From contig JAXMNT010000018.1 in the NCBI GenBank assembly GCA_034670305.1, positions 73,071-137,070 on the forward strand: a stretch of 64,000 bases of DNA, given 5' to 3'. The first letter of the stretch is position 1, and each line of letters starts with the position of its first letter. A program made the translations under genes and the position numbers. The notes beneath the pieces are model-generated. The model was not told where the DNA came from. It searched no databases and worked only from the letters and a program-made list of their open reading frames with translations. This document shows positions 1 through 8,794 of the stretch, piece by piece. The stretch is from Deltaproteobacteria bacterium (lineage in GTDB: Bacteria; Myxococcota_A; Polyangia; Polyangiales; Houyiibacteriaceae).

Positions 1-757
1 TCGGCTGAAGCTCGATGTCGAGCTCGCCGATCTCGTCCAGAAAGAGTGTGCCGCCGTTGGCATCCAAGAAGAGCCCCTGGCGCGCGCCCTTCGCGTCCGT
101 GAACGCACCCTTCACGTGTCCGAAGAGTTCGCTCTCGAGCAGGTTCGCCGGCATGGCCGCGCAGTTGATCGCGACGAAGCGCCCGGTGCGCCCGCTGCGT
201 TTGTGCAGCGCGCGCGCGGCGAGCTCCTTGCCGGTGCCGCTCTCACCACTGACGAGCACGGTGGTGTTGCTGTCACCGATGCGGTCGATCAGGTCGAACA
301 CCTCGCGCATCGGCTGGCTGCGACCGAGCATGTCGAAGTCGAGGGCCGGGCCTTCCACCTCGCGGCGCAGTCGCCGCACTTCGGCGGTGAGCTCGCGATG
401 GGAGGTGGCGCGTTTCACAGAGGCGCGGAGTGCGTCCGCGTTGAACGGTTTGCCGAGGTAGTCGTACGCGCCGGCGCGCAAGGCGCCGATCGCGGTGTCG
501 ATGGTCGAGTAGCCCGTCATCACCACGACCGGGATGTCCGGGCGTCCCGAGATGACGGACTCGCAGAGCTTCAGGCCGCTGCCTTCTCCGATGCGGAGGT
601 CGGTGAGCACCAAGTCGAGATCGTCGATCGCTTTGGCGAGCCGGGTTCCATCCTCTTCGGTGGCTGCGGTGGTGACCGTGTAGCCCTCGCGTTCGAGGAG
701 GTGCTGGGCCAGTTCGAGGATCTCTCGTTCGTCGTCGACGATCAGTACGTGGGTCAT
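1..757 (-). CDS. Sigma-54-dependent response regulator (NtrC family, REC + AAA+); runs off the left edge
   Basis: Manual translation [10 protein letters not shown]...GESGTGKE...INCAA...[15 protein letters not shown]...[12 protein letters not shown]; absent from the ORF track because it is truncated. Confidence 0.93.
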   Translation of the reverse strand, partial: MTHVLIVDDEREILELAQHLLEREGYTVTTAATEEDGTRLAKAIDDLDLVLTDLRIGEGSGLKLCESVISGRPDIPVVVMTGYSTIDTAIGALRAGAYDYLGKPFNADALRASVKRATSHRELTAEVRRLRREVEGPALDFDMLGRSQPMREVFDLIDRIGDSNTTVLVSGESGTGKELAARALHKRSGRTGRFVAINCAAMPANLLESELFGHVKGAFTDAKGARQGLFLDANGGTLFLDEIGELDIELQP

Positions 758-770
758 GTGGGTCCGTCTT

Positions 771-786
771 TGCGATGTTCGTGCCA
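771..786 (-). promoter_or_regulatory. Sigma-54 -24/-12 promoter of the NtrC-family gene
   Basis: TGGCACGAACATCGCA, GG-N10-GC; -12 C is 15 nt before the ATG. Confidence 0.75.
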
Positions 787-852
787 CACATTTTCATGCG
801 GTTTGTGCCTGAGAATGACACAACTGCGACACCGAGAGGCAAAACGCCACGC

Positions 853-927
853 CACTGCGGTTCCCAAGGTCAGCACTGCGGTTCCGGAGGCCAGCACTGC
901 GGTTCCTGGGGCCCGCACCGCGGGGCC
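853..927. repeat. 21-bp-period tandem repeat, core CACTGCGGTTCC x3 plus one degenerate copy
   Basis: Cores start at 853, 874, 895 and 916. Confidence 0.85.
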
Positions 928-1233
928 CTATCGCGGCCCGACGAACCGCCAGTCGAACCCACGGTCCACTGCGGATTGGGTAGGCCCTGGGTACACGATC
1001 CATCGGCGGGCCTCGAGCTGCGCCACGATCTGTTCGGCCTCGAGCAACGAACAACCGATGATCTCGCTGACCGAGTCGCGGATGGCGGTCCGGCCGGCCA
1101 GGTAGCCCGGTGGAGGAGCGGGACGGAGCGCGACCTCGCGGAGGAGCTCCGCGAGGTCGAGTCTGCCTTCGGCGAACGCGTCGCCACGGTCGTCCGTGTC
1201 GAACGGACCTTCGCTGGAGTCCACCACCTTCAC
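928..1233 (-). CDS. Hypothetical protein (~101 aa), coupled to dps
   Basis: GTG start overlaps the dps TGA (GTGA); protein-like sequence VKVVDSSEGPF...DWRFVGPR. Confidence 0.65.
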   Translation of the reverse strand: MKVVDSSEGPFDTDDRGDAFAEGRLDLAELLREVALRPAPPPGYLAGRTAIRDSVSEIIGCSLLEAEQIVAQLEARRWIVYPGPTQSAVDRGFDWRFVGPR

Positions 1234-1790
1234 GAGGGGGTGCTTCCGAGTCGAGGGGCCGCGACCGGTTGTTTGCCGGCCAGCCGATGACGTTCGGGGT
1301 GCGAGAGGCGCTGGAGGGTCGACGCCCTCAGCATCCATGCGTGTTTCTCCAGACCGGTGAGCACACCGATCAGCAGGTCGTGGCTCCCGACGTCCATGGG
1401 TTCGAGGATCGAGAGGCGATCTCGAATCGCGGCGGCCGTCATGAGCAGCCGCTCCACCATGAGGTGGGCGGCATCTTCGTCTTGAACGAAGAAGGTGGGC
1501 GGTGCGGGCAGGGTCGTCGACGCGCTGATCTGCTGGGCGGTGCCGATGGGGGCGACGCCCAAGGCGGAGCAGCGCTCCGCGACGTCGTCGCTCCACGCGC
1601 GCACATCCGCAACGATCTCATCGAGGTGCATGTGCAAGGGGCGGAAGGACGGACCGACGACGGTCCAGTGAAGTTGTTTGCTCTGGAGGGCGACGTCGAT
1701 GAGCTGCACGAGCGTGGCTTGCAGTTCGGCCGCGACGGCGTCGCGGTGGGCGTCGGAGAGGGTGGTTTCGAATCGATGGTCGATGATCAT
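1230..1790 (-). CDS. dps: Dps family DNA-protecting ferritin-like protein
   Basis: KQLHWTVVGPSFRPLHMHLDE...DDVAER...LEKHAWML ferroxidase motifs. Confidence 0.92.
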   Translation of the reverse strand: MIIDHRFETTLSDAHRDAVAAELQATLVQLIDVALQSKQLHWTVVGPSFRPLHMHLDEIVADVRAWSDDVAERCSALGVAPIGTAQQISASTTLPAPPTFFVQDEDAAHLMVERLLMTAAAIRDRLSILEPMDVGSHDLLIGVLTGLEKHAWMLRASTLQRLSHPERHRLAGKQPVAAPRLGSTPS

Positions 1791-1802
1791 GCATCGAGGT
1801 AG

Positions 1803-1818
1803 TGCAAGCCCTGGTCCA
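1803..1818 (-). promoter_or_regulatory. Sigma-54 promoter of dps
   Basis: TGGACCAGGGCTTGCA; 14 nt to the ATG. Confidence 0.72.
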
Positions 1819-1959
1819 CCCACCCAGACCCGGCGTTTTCGTCGGCCTCCGTGGCGGCTTGCCCCGGGTGGGGCACTCGGTCCGCCGCAGTTGCGGGGAA
1901 TGCACCCCCTCCGATCACTCGGCGCTTGCTCCCGCCCCGAAAGCCAGCGAAAGAAGAGG

Positions 1960-3447
1960 ATGATTCCGGTCCTGGAGCTGCCCCTGGCCAACGCGGGAGA
2001 CGTCTCGTTCGCGCGCGGTCGAGCGTTCCGACTGGCGAGCAAACTCGACCTCTCCCCACCGGACAAGACCCGTGTGGCGGTGGTCGCGGGCGAGCTTGCG
2101 CAGCGTGGGTTCGAGACCAAGCCAGCGACACTCACGCTCGGCATCGACCGAGACGATCTCTGGCTTCAGCTGCGCGTCCCCGGCGGCATCGACTTCGACG
2201 AAGAGCTTCTGGGTGCGAGCCAGCTCCTCGACGATGCGGCGCACGAGCAGGACACCCTGGTGTTGAAAACGAAGTTGCCGAACCCGCCCGTCTTGACGGA
2301 TGCGTACGTCGCGGCCCTTCGGATCGAGTTGCTCGCGAGCGACCCAGGCGACGCGCCGGCGTCGGTCAAACGTCAGAACCGCGAGCTCGTGCTCGCACTC
2401 GCGGAGCAGGAGGCGTCTGCCGCCGCACTTCGGGCCAGCGAAGAACGGCTCAAACTGGCGGTGCGCGCGGCTGGTCTCGGTAGCTGGGAACTCGACGAGG
2501 ACGAACTCATTCTGTCTCAGCGTGCCGCCAAACTGCTGGATGTTCAGGGCGACGTCACGCTCGACATGCTGGCGGCGAAGCTCGGTCCGCGAGGGGCAGA
2601 GTTGCTCGAAGCGCTCGAGCTGCTGCAGGCATCGGGCGAGCCGCTGCACGTGGAGTTCAAGATGCCAAGCGGACGCTGGCTCGCGTTTCACGGGGCGCGG
2701 CTGACGAACAAACGAAAGAAACGTCGTCGCATCACCGGCGCGGTGCTCGATGTCACCGAACACCGGGAGCGCGAAGAAGAGATGCGCAAGCGGCTCGATT
2801 TCGAACGCCAGCTCGTCGGCATCGTCAGCCACGACTTGAAGTCCCCCCTCACCGCGATCTCGATGGGCGCGAGCATGCTCGAGGGCGCTGACGACTTCGT
2901 CGTCGACCGCATCAAGCACTCGGTGAAGCGCGCGCAACAGCTCATCTACGACCTGCTCGACTTCACGCACGCCCGGCTCGGCAGCGGCATTCCGATCTCC
3001 CCGCAGCGCACCGACATCGCGCAGGTCGTCGCGACGACCGTGGAACAGATGCAGTTCGCGCACCCAGACCATACGTTCGAACTCTTGCCGTACGGGGCCG
3101 TCTTCGCGATGGCCGACGAACCGCGGCTCGAACAGGTCGTGACGAACCTGCTGGCCAACGCGGTGGAGTACGGTGACTCGAAGCGGCCGATCGTCGTGCG
3201 CTGCTTCGAAGAAGACGGGCTGGCCATCGTCTCGGTGCGCAACGAAGGCGAGCCCATCGACCAGGATCGCGTGCACACCATCTTCGAGCCGCTCGAACGC
3301 GACGAGCCCGCCGAGAGCGGTTCGCTCGGGCTCGGACTCTTCATCGTCGATCAACTCGTGCGTGCGCACGAGGGCGAAGTGGAGGTGCATTCGGGCGAGG
3401 ACGGAACCGAGTTCCAGGTGCGCCTCCCGCTGGCAGCGGGCGCCTAG
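1960..3447 (+). CDS. Sensor histidine kinase: RsbT-like N-terminal domain, PAS-like domain, HisKA and HATPase
   Basis: H-box IVSHDLKSPL, N-box NLLANAVEY, G2 box GLGLGLFIV; N-terminus DVSFARGRAFRLA...DKTRVAVVAGELAQ. Confidence 0.9.
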   Translation: MIPVLELPLANAGDVSFARGRAFRLASKLDLSPPDKTRVAVVAGELAQRGFETKPATLTLGIDRDDLWLQLRVPGGIDFDEELLGASQLLDDAAHEQDTLVLKTKLPNPPVLTDAYVAALRIELLASDPGDAPASVKRQNRELVLALAEQEASAAALRASEERLKLAVRAAGLGSWELDEDELILSQRAAKLLDVQGDVTLDMLAAKLGPRGAELLEALELLQASGEPLHVEFKMPSGRWLAFHGARLTNKRKKRRRITGAVLDVTEHREREEEMRKRLDFERQLVGIVSHDLKSPLTAISMGASMLEGADDFVVDRIKHSVKRAQQLIYDLLDFTHARLGSGIPISPQRTDIAQVVATTVEQMQFAHPDHTFELLPYGAVFAMADEPRLEQVVTNLLANAVEYGDSKRPIVVRCFEEDGLAIVSVRNEGEPIDQDRVHTIFEPLERDEPAESGSLGLGLFIVDQLVRAHEGEVEVHSGEDGTEFQVRLPLAAGA

Positions 3448-3460
3448 AGCGCGGAGAGTT

Positions 3461-3994
3461 TCACCCCTCCGAATCGGCGGTGGCGGCGTGTCGGTACGCG
3501 CGCTGCAACAACTCGCGCCCCGCGTGGGTGGTCTCGAGCGTCGCCAGCCGCGCGGTGTTCAGCGCGAGTTCCAACCAGCGGTCCAGCGCGCTCCGGGTGC
3601 TCTCGTGAAGGGAGACGGGCGTCGAGCGGAGCAAGCGCAGACTGTGGAGTCGACCCTCGAGCTGGGCGTAGGCGCGGGCGAGTTTCCGCACCATGCGGCG
3701 GTCGCGGCCGAGGTCGTGGAGGAGTCGAACCACGCTGGCGTCGAGACCTCGTTTGTGGGCATGCAAGGGCGCCAGAAACGCGTCCAGCGTGTCCGCACGC
3801 GAATCGGGGTCGGATGTGAGCGCAGCTTGCAAGCGCACGCGGAGCAGGTCCGCCTGCGCCTTCAGGTCGTCCTCCAGCCCCGTGAGATTCAGCATCCCCG
3901 CGTCGCGTGTTTCCGCGCACGGGTGCACGCCGCTGGGCGAATCCTCGGTCCCGTCTTCCTGGGTAGATGATTGCAGTTTGGGTGCTTGTTCCAT
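3461..3994 (-). CDS. Hypothetical helical protein
   Basis: ATG with GAAGGA RBS and an upstream sigma-54 motif. Confidence 0.65.
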   Translation of the reverse strand: MEQAPKLQSSTQEDGTEDSPSGVHPCAETRDAGMLNLTGLEDDLKAQADLLRVRLQAALTSDPDSRADTLDAFLAPLHAHKRGLDASVVRLLHDLGRDRRMVRKLARAYAQLEGRLHSLRLLRSTPVSLHESTRSALDRWLELALNTARLATLETTHAGRELLQRAYRHAATADSEG

Positions 3995-4030
3995 GGTCGT
4001 TCCTTCACGTGACGCATCGCGGGAAAGAGG

Positions 4031-4046
4031 TGCAACTCCCGGTCCA
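4031..4046 (-). promoter_or_regulatory. Sigma-54 promoter of gene 3461-3994
   Basis: TGGACCGGGAGTTGCA. Confidence 0.7.
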
Positions 4047-4166
4047 GCCGGAACACGCCCGACCGCACATGTCACCGGGGCACATCGCCCCGAGCGTGTC
4101 GCATCGCCCCCGCGTTCCGACCACGGCCGCACGGTTCTGCCTCCTGATCCACCGCGGTCGGCGGGT

Positions 4167-4182
4167 CGGCACGGACTTCGCA
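4167..4182 (+). promoter_or_regulatory. Sigma-54 promoter of the 4196 lipoprotein/DUF1328 unit
   Basis: CGGCACGGACTTCGCA; 15 nt to the ATG. Confidence 0.7.
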
Positions 4183-4195
4183 ATGCACCCTGGTC

Positions 4196-4672
4196 ATGAC
4201 CAAGACACACAAGACCCTTCTGGTGGCGGCGTCGCTCTTCTTCGGCGTCGCATGTAGCGAATCGACGGAAGACGCACTCGAGATGACCGCCGCGTCTGCG
4301 CGCAACGACCTGGTCGCAACCGGGGTGGCCGCGCACGAGGTGGTCGAGGAGACCCACGAGGCCGTGGACGACGAAGCCGCCGCCGCGCTCCTCGCGTTGC
4401 GGACCGCCGACCAAGCGCTGACGGAACGCGCCCGCGAGGCCGCCGACCGCCTCCAGGAGACCGACGAAGAAGCCGCCGACGCGCTCCGAGCGGCCGCCGC
4501 CGAAGCGGAGGCCGCCAATGTCCGCACGGGTCAAGCCATCGTGCGCGAGACCCGCGGCGCGGCGGCTGAGATTCGAGCCGAGGCCCGCGCACTCGGCCGC
4601 GGTGCCGCCGCCACAGTGCGCGAAGCGGACCAAGCCGGCGAACGCGCCGAAGAGGCCGCCGAGCGCGAATGA
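4196..4672 (+). CDS. Ala/Glu-rich helical lipoprotein (LEA-like composition)
   Basis: Lipobox FGVAC; amphipathic Ala/Glu/Arg-rich body. Confidence 0.7.
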   Translation: MTKTHKTLLVAASLFFGVACSESTEDALEMTAASARNDLVATGVAAHEVVEETHEAVDDEAAAALLALRTADQALTERAREAADRLQETDEEAADALRAAAAEAEAANVRTGQAIVRETRGAAAEIRAEARALGRGAAATVREADQAGERAEEAAERE

Positions 4673-4744
4673 CTCGGGCACGCTCCTCCATACATACACT
4701 TTTCATTCACTGACTCCCACAGCCCCGTTCTCGAAAGGAACCCC

Positions 4745-4912
4745 ATGCTTCGCTGGTCCATTACATTTTTCATCCTCGCGTTCGTTGCAGCCGTCTTCGG
4801 ATTTGGAGGCATCGCAGCCGGCGCGGTCTCGATCGGCAAGATCCTCTTCGTCGGATTCCTGATCATCGCCATCGCCACCCTCATCATGGGGCGACTGCCC
4901 CGCGAAACGTGA
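4745..4912 (+). CDS. DUF1328 family small membrane protein (55 aa)
   Basis: MLRWSITFFILAFVAAVFGFGGIAAGAVSIGKILFVGFLIIAIATLIMGRLPRET; AAAGGA RBS; below the ORF-track cutoff. Confidence 0.9.
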   Translation: MLRWSITFFILAFVAAVFGFGGIAAGAVSIGKILFVGFLIIAIATLIMGRLPRET

Positions 4913-4937
4913 ACTGAACGCGCTCGCCCCCAAGCCA

Positions 4938-4983
4938 GGCGACGGCCGCCTCACCTCCGGGTGGGGCGGCCGTCGCCGTTCTC
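4938..4983 (+). terminator. Stem-loop after DUF1328
   Basis: GGCGACGGCCGCC...GGCGGCCGTCGCC hairpin. Confidence 0.55.
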
Positions 4984-5034
4984 GTACGCGGTGCTGGTGC
5001 GCCCCACCGGCCCTCACTGCCTACCACGCGAGAT

Positions 5035-5050
5035 TGGCACAGGGTGTGCG
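5035..5050 (+). promoter_or_regulatory. Sigma-54 promoter of gene 5063
   Basis: TGGCACAGGGTGTGCG; 14 nt to the ATG. Confidence 0.72.
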
Positions 5051-5062
5051 TTCAGTGGCGAT

Positions 5063-5818
5063 ATGCCTCCCACGACCCACGGCCATTCATTCGCCACACT
5101 TAGGCGCCTTCTTGCGGTGCTGGCGCTCTTCTCCATCGCGATCCCGGCCGAAGCACAGCGCGACCCCCGCGGCGACGCACCGTCCAACGCCTCCTCGCCC
5201 AACGAGGTCGCGCAGCCAGGCGAGCCGATCGGGGACGACGACATGAACCTCGAGACCGCGACGCCCGATCCCTCTCCGCCGGTTCCGCGGATCCTCCAGC
5301 GCGACATGTCCGAGGCTCGCTTGGACGTCATCGAACAAGCGGGCGTCGGTGGCCCGACCGCGTATGCCTCTGCTGGCGTGCTCGAAGTCGGCGGCACCGG
5401 ATCGTTGTTCGCGACCGACGAGTACGTCGGAGCGCGGCTCGCCCCGTTCGTCGGCTGGTTTCTCTTCGACGGCATCGAGCTCAGCTACATCCACGAGATC
5501 TACGGCGGTGCGTTCCAAGGCGAACGGTTCTTCGGCACCGTGCTCTACATCGAACTCAGCGCGCACCTGCGTTTCGGAGATCGTTTGCTCGGCTTCCTCG
5601 GCCTCGCGCCGGGACTTCTCTACAACGGCGAGGACACCGGCTTCGCGATCAAACCGCGCATGGGCTTCGACGTGCTCGTCGGCCGCTCGGGCATCTTCCG
5701 GCCGGACATCTACTTCGTATGGGCCACCGATCCACTCATCGTGCCGGTGAACCACCCGGCCGCGCCGAGCGCGCGTTGGGGCTACGGACTCGAGATCAGC
5801 TACGCCGCGATGTTCTGA
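5063..5818 (+). CDS. Putative outer-membrane beta-barrel protein
   Basis: Signal peptide (AIPAEA), alternating hydrophobic strands, C-terminal Phe. Confidence 0.7.
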   Translation: MPPTTHGHSFATLRRLLAVLALFSIAIPAEAQRDPRGDAPSNASSPNEVAQPGEPIGDDDMNLETATPDPSPPVPRILQRDMSEARLDVIEQAGVGGPTAYASAGVLEVGGTGSLFATDEYVGARLAPFVGWFLFDGIELSYIHEIYGGAFQGERFFGTVLYIELSAHLRFGDRLLGFLGLAPGLLYNGEDTGFAIKPRMGFDVLVGRSGIFRPDIYFVWATDPLIVPVNHPAAPSARWGYGLEISYAAMF

Positions 5819-5894
5819 GCGGCTGTGGCGTGGCGCTTCGCCCCGCCGTCGCAGGGCCGCCCCAACCCCTGAGTTCAACCATGCACGAAGCCAC

Positions 5895-5910
5895 CGGCAC
5901 GGCACCTGCA
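5895..5910 (+). promoter_or_regulatory. Sigma-54 promoter of the OmpA-domain gene
   Basis: CGGCACGGCACCTGCA; 14 nt to the ATG. Confidence 0.7.
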
Positions 5911-5922
5911 CTACCCAACGAC

Positions 5923-6504
5923 ATGAACCTGATGAACACCCCACTCGCCTGGTTGCTCGTCCTTCCCGCCGCCTGTGCCCATGGTTCGGGCGTCGAGGCC
6001 GAGACGACCTCCGCCACCACCCCGTCCGAGTACGCTGCCGAGGCGGCGTACCCAGAGCCGATCGCCGTCGTCACGACCGGCGTTCGAGACCAGGACGGCG
6101 ACCCGTCGATGGTTGAAGTCGACGTCTCGCTCGCTGCCCCCGCGCTCCCTCCGGAACCGGTCGTGAGCCAGGACGTGTGCCCTGAGCCGCTGGTCTACTT
6201 TGCGCTCGACTCGGCCGTGCTCGATGCCGATGCGCAGCATCGACTCGCGGAGTTCGCCGAGTGCGCCCGTTCGGTGGAAGCAGAGCGCATCCGCGTCTCC
6301 GGCCACGCCGACCCGCAGGGCACCGACGCCTACAACCGCCGCCTCGCCCTCGAGCGCGCACAGCAGGTGGAGCAGCACCTTCGCGACGAGCTCGGTCTGA
6401 CCGTCCCCATCGAGGTCGCAGCCCACGGCGAAGACCGCGCCCGCAACCGAGTGCTCTGGCCCAACGACCGTCGCGTCGAGGTCGAGCTCATCGAAGGCAG
6501 CTGA
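5923..6504 (+). CDS. OmpA-family peptidoglycan-binding lipoprotein
   Basis: VYFALDSAVL, SGHADPQGTDAYNRRLALERA, NDRRVE. Confidence 0.9.
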   Translation: MNLMNTPLAWLLVLPAACAHGSGVEAETTSATTPSEYAAEAAYPEPIAVVTTGVRDQDGDPSMVEVDVSLAAPALPPEPVVSQDVCPEPLVYFALDSAVLDADAQHRLAEFAECARSVEAERIRVSGHADPQGTDAYNRRLALERAQQVEQHLRDELGLTVPIEVAAHGEDRARNRVLWPNDRRVEVELIEGS

Positions 6505-6560
6505 CACCCGCTGCAGTCCCTCCAACCCTTTCACTCCGAAACCCACCCCCAAGGAACCCC

Positions 6561-6800
6561 ATGAATCAGAAACAAGAACTCAAAGCCCGTGTCACCGCGA
6601 AAAAGAAGGAACTCGAAGCCCGGCTGGCCACGCTCCGCGCCGACGCAGGAGCGGCTGCCCGCGATGAACGCGCCAAGATCGAGTCGAAGTTGAGCGAGCT
6701 CAAGACATCGATGACCGACGGTTGGAACGACCTGACCGAAGACGTCTCGGCCAAGCTCAACGGCTGGCTGAAGGACGACAATCCCGACATCAACGCGTGA
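6561..6800 (+). CDS. Small coiled-coil protein (79 aa)
   Basis: AAGGA RBS; MNQKQELKARVTAKKKELEARL...GWNDLTE. Confidence 0.8.
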   Translation: MNQKQELKARVTAKKKELEARLATLRADAGAAARDERAKIESKLSELKTSMTDGWNDLTEDVSAKLNGWLKDDNPDINA

Positions 6801-6981
6801 CCCGGTGGGTTCTCACCGAACCCATCCCCGAACAAACAAGACGGCGGCCCAGCAGACATCTGTTGGGCCGCCGTCGTTTGGTGGCCAGCGTGCGCTCCGG
6901 GCGGCGACTGAGGCGTGGAGGCGATCGTGCCACACGCGTGGCGTGGCGCCCCACCCGGGTCCGTTTCTCGGTGTTTGAGGC

Positions 6982-6997
6982 CGGTACGGTTGCTGCA
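6982..6997 (+). promoter_or_regulatory. Sigma-54 promoter of the lipoprotein-mscS operon
   Basis: CGGTACGGTTGCTGCA; 14 nt to the ATG at 7010. Confidence 0.72.
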
Positions 6998-7009
6998 AAT
7001 ACCCTCCGC

Positions 7010-7633
7010 ATGAAAATGAACATCACACACAAGCCGACTTCGTTCGCTGTGGTGTGCGCTCTGTCCGCCTGTGGGCATTCGACCGCGCCACCAGCGAGCA
7101 CGACCCCCGAACCCGCACCGCCGCTGAGCGCCGTGATGGAGACCGAGCCTCTGCAAGAGATCGAAGTCGCCGCGCACACACCGTCGACCGAACGAGACGC
7201 CTTGGTGCCGATCGACGAGTCGCGCTGGACCGGACGCGAGGCGCTGACGCTCGAAGGCAACGATCTGATCGTCGACCGACTCGCCGTTCGCAGCCTCCCC
7301 GACGGAGTCCGCGCGTACCGCGTCTCGACCCAGCCGGAGACCTTCGAGCTCCGCAACGAAGAGGGGCGCCTCGCGGTCATCGAACGCCAGACCTGGAGCT
7401 CGGTCGCACAACCCGGCGCCCACCCCATCGGTCCGGTGCGGGTGCGCGAACGCGCCGTTCAGCTCGACGACTGGGACGGGGAACGCGCCAACGTGATCCT
7501 GCAGCACTGGTCGGACGACATGTACGTCTACACGGTGGAGCATCTGCCAGACGCCGCGTGGGTCGGCCTGCAGCTCGACCTCGACCCGACCCTCCGCGCG
7601 ACCGCGTCTGCCAACAATGAGGTGGCACAGTGA
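7010..7633 (+). CDS. Hypothetical lipoprotein
   Basis: Lipobox LSAC; stop overlaps the mscS start. Confidence 0.72.
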   Translation: MKMNITHKPTSFAVVCALSACGHSTAPPASTTPEPAPPLSAVMETEPLQEIEVAAHTPSTERDALVPIDESRWTGREALTLEGNDLIVDRLAVRSLPDGVRAYRVSTQPETFELRNEEGRLAVIERQTWSSVAQPGAHPIGPVRVRERAVQLDDWDGERANVILQHWSDDMYVYTVEHLPDAAWVGLQLDLDPTLRATASANNEVAQ

Positions 7634-8556
7634 AATCGTTCTCAGAACTCTACAACCGCCTCCTCGAAACCCTCAACAGCTGGCTGACCGACGGGGTCGC
7701 CTGGGCGCCCCGCCTACTCGTCGCCCTCGTTGTCCTCGGCATCTTCTGGATGCTCGGCAAGGGCGTGCGCCGCGGCGTGACGAAGGCCCTCGCCCGCACG
7801 AAGATGTCGGCCAGCGCCTCCGATCTCTTGGCACGCGCGGCACACTTCATCGTCATCCTGGCTGGGCTGATGGCCACCCTGAGCGTGCTTCAGCTCGATG
7901 AAGCGGTGACCGGCGTGCTCGCGGGTGCCGGTGTCGTCGGCCTCGCGCTTGGATTCGCCTTTCAAGACCTTGCGTCCAACCTCATCAGCGGCGTCGGGCT
8001 CTCGGTTCGCCATCCGTTCCGACAGGGCGACATCATCGAATCCAACGGCGTGCTCGGTGTGGCCGAGAGCATCGAACTGCGGGTGACCGTCATCCGCACC
8101 CTCGACGGCAAACGCGTCATGGTGCCCAACAAGAAGATCTTCCAGGACGTGCTCATCAACCACAGCACCTCCGGCACGAGGCGCGTGGAAGTCGCGTGCG
8201 GCGTCTCCTACGACACCGATCTCGACATGGCGAAGGCGACCGCGCTCGAAGCGCTCGGTCAGCTCGAGTGCCTGATCGACGGACGCGAACCCGAAGTCTT
8301 CTTCGGAGAGTTCGGCGACAGCTCGATCAACTTCGACGCCCGGGTCTGGATCGCATACGAGAGCCAGCTCGACTACCTCCGCGCGAAGGACGAACTCGTG
8401 CGGGCCCTCAAGAAGGCATTCGACGCCAAGGGCATCGACATCCCGTTCCCGATTCGAACCCTCGAACTCGGCGAGTCCGCCTCCGCCACCATCACCCAGC
8501 TCCGCAAACTCGAGAGCCTTGGTGGAGACGACGACACGAGCCAAGAAGCCGCCTGA
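7630..8556 (+). CDS. mscS: Small-conductance mechanosensitive channel (MscS family)
   Basis: GLALGFAFQDLASNLISG, PFRQGDIIE, VPNKKI, IDIPFPIR. Confidence 0.93.
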   Translation: MKSFSELYNRLLETLNSWLTDGVAWAPRLLVALVVLGIFWMLGKGVRRGVTKALARTKMSASASDLLARAAHFIVILAGLMATLSVLQLDEAVTGVLAGAGVVGLALGFAFQDLASNLISGVGLSVRHPFRQGDIIESNGVLGVAESIELRVTVIRTLDGKRVMVPNKKIFQDVLINHSTSGTRRVEVACGVSYDTDLDMAKATALEALGQLECLIDGREPEVFFGEFGDSSINFDARVWIAYESQLDYLRAKDELVRALKKAFDAKGIDIPFPIRTLELGESASATITQLRKLESLGGDDDTSQEAA

Positions 8557-8592
8557 CCCAGGCGCCAACGCACCCCGAAGTGCAACACCCCA

Positions 8593-8628
8593 GGCGGCCG
8601 TTCCCGAAAGGGAGCGGCCGTTTTCTTT
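8593..8628 (+). terminator. Rho-independent terminator after mscS
   Basis: GCGGCCGTTCCC-GAAA-GGGAGCGGCCG followed by TTTTCTTT. Confidence 0.75.
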
Positions 8629-8766
8629 CGTACATGTGGACTCCCGACGGGTGCGGCCATGTGTTCGCCTGTGTGCCGGCACGACAGGCGCACACATGTG
8701 GCGAGGCAAGCCGCCTCATTGCGGCAGCTTGCGTCACCCACCCATCGCGCTCGGGCCGCATTTCGT

Positions 8767-8782
8767 TGGCCCGGTCCGTGCT
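8767..8782 (+). promoter_or_regulatory. Sigma-54 promoter of gene 8795
   Basis: TGGCCCGGTCCGTGCT; 14 nt to the ATG. Confidence 0.65.
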
Positions 8783-8794
8783 TTGTAGGGAGGC

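Noticed and set aside
853-927. Possible mini-CRISPR
   Set aside because: A 12-bp core with 9-bp linkers is far too short
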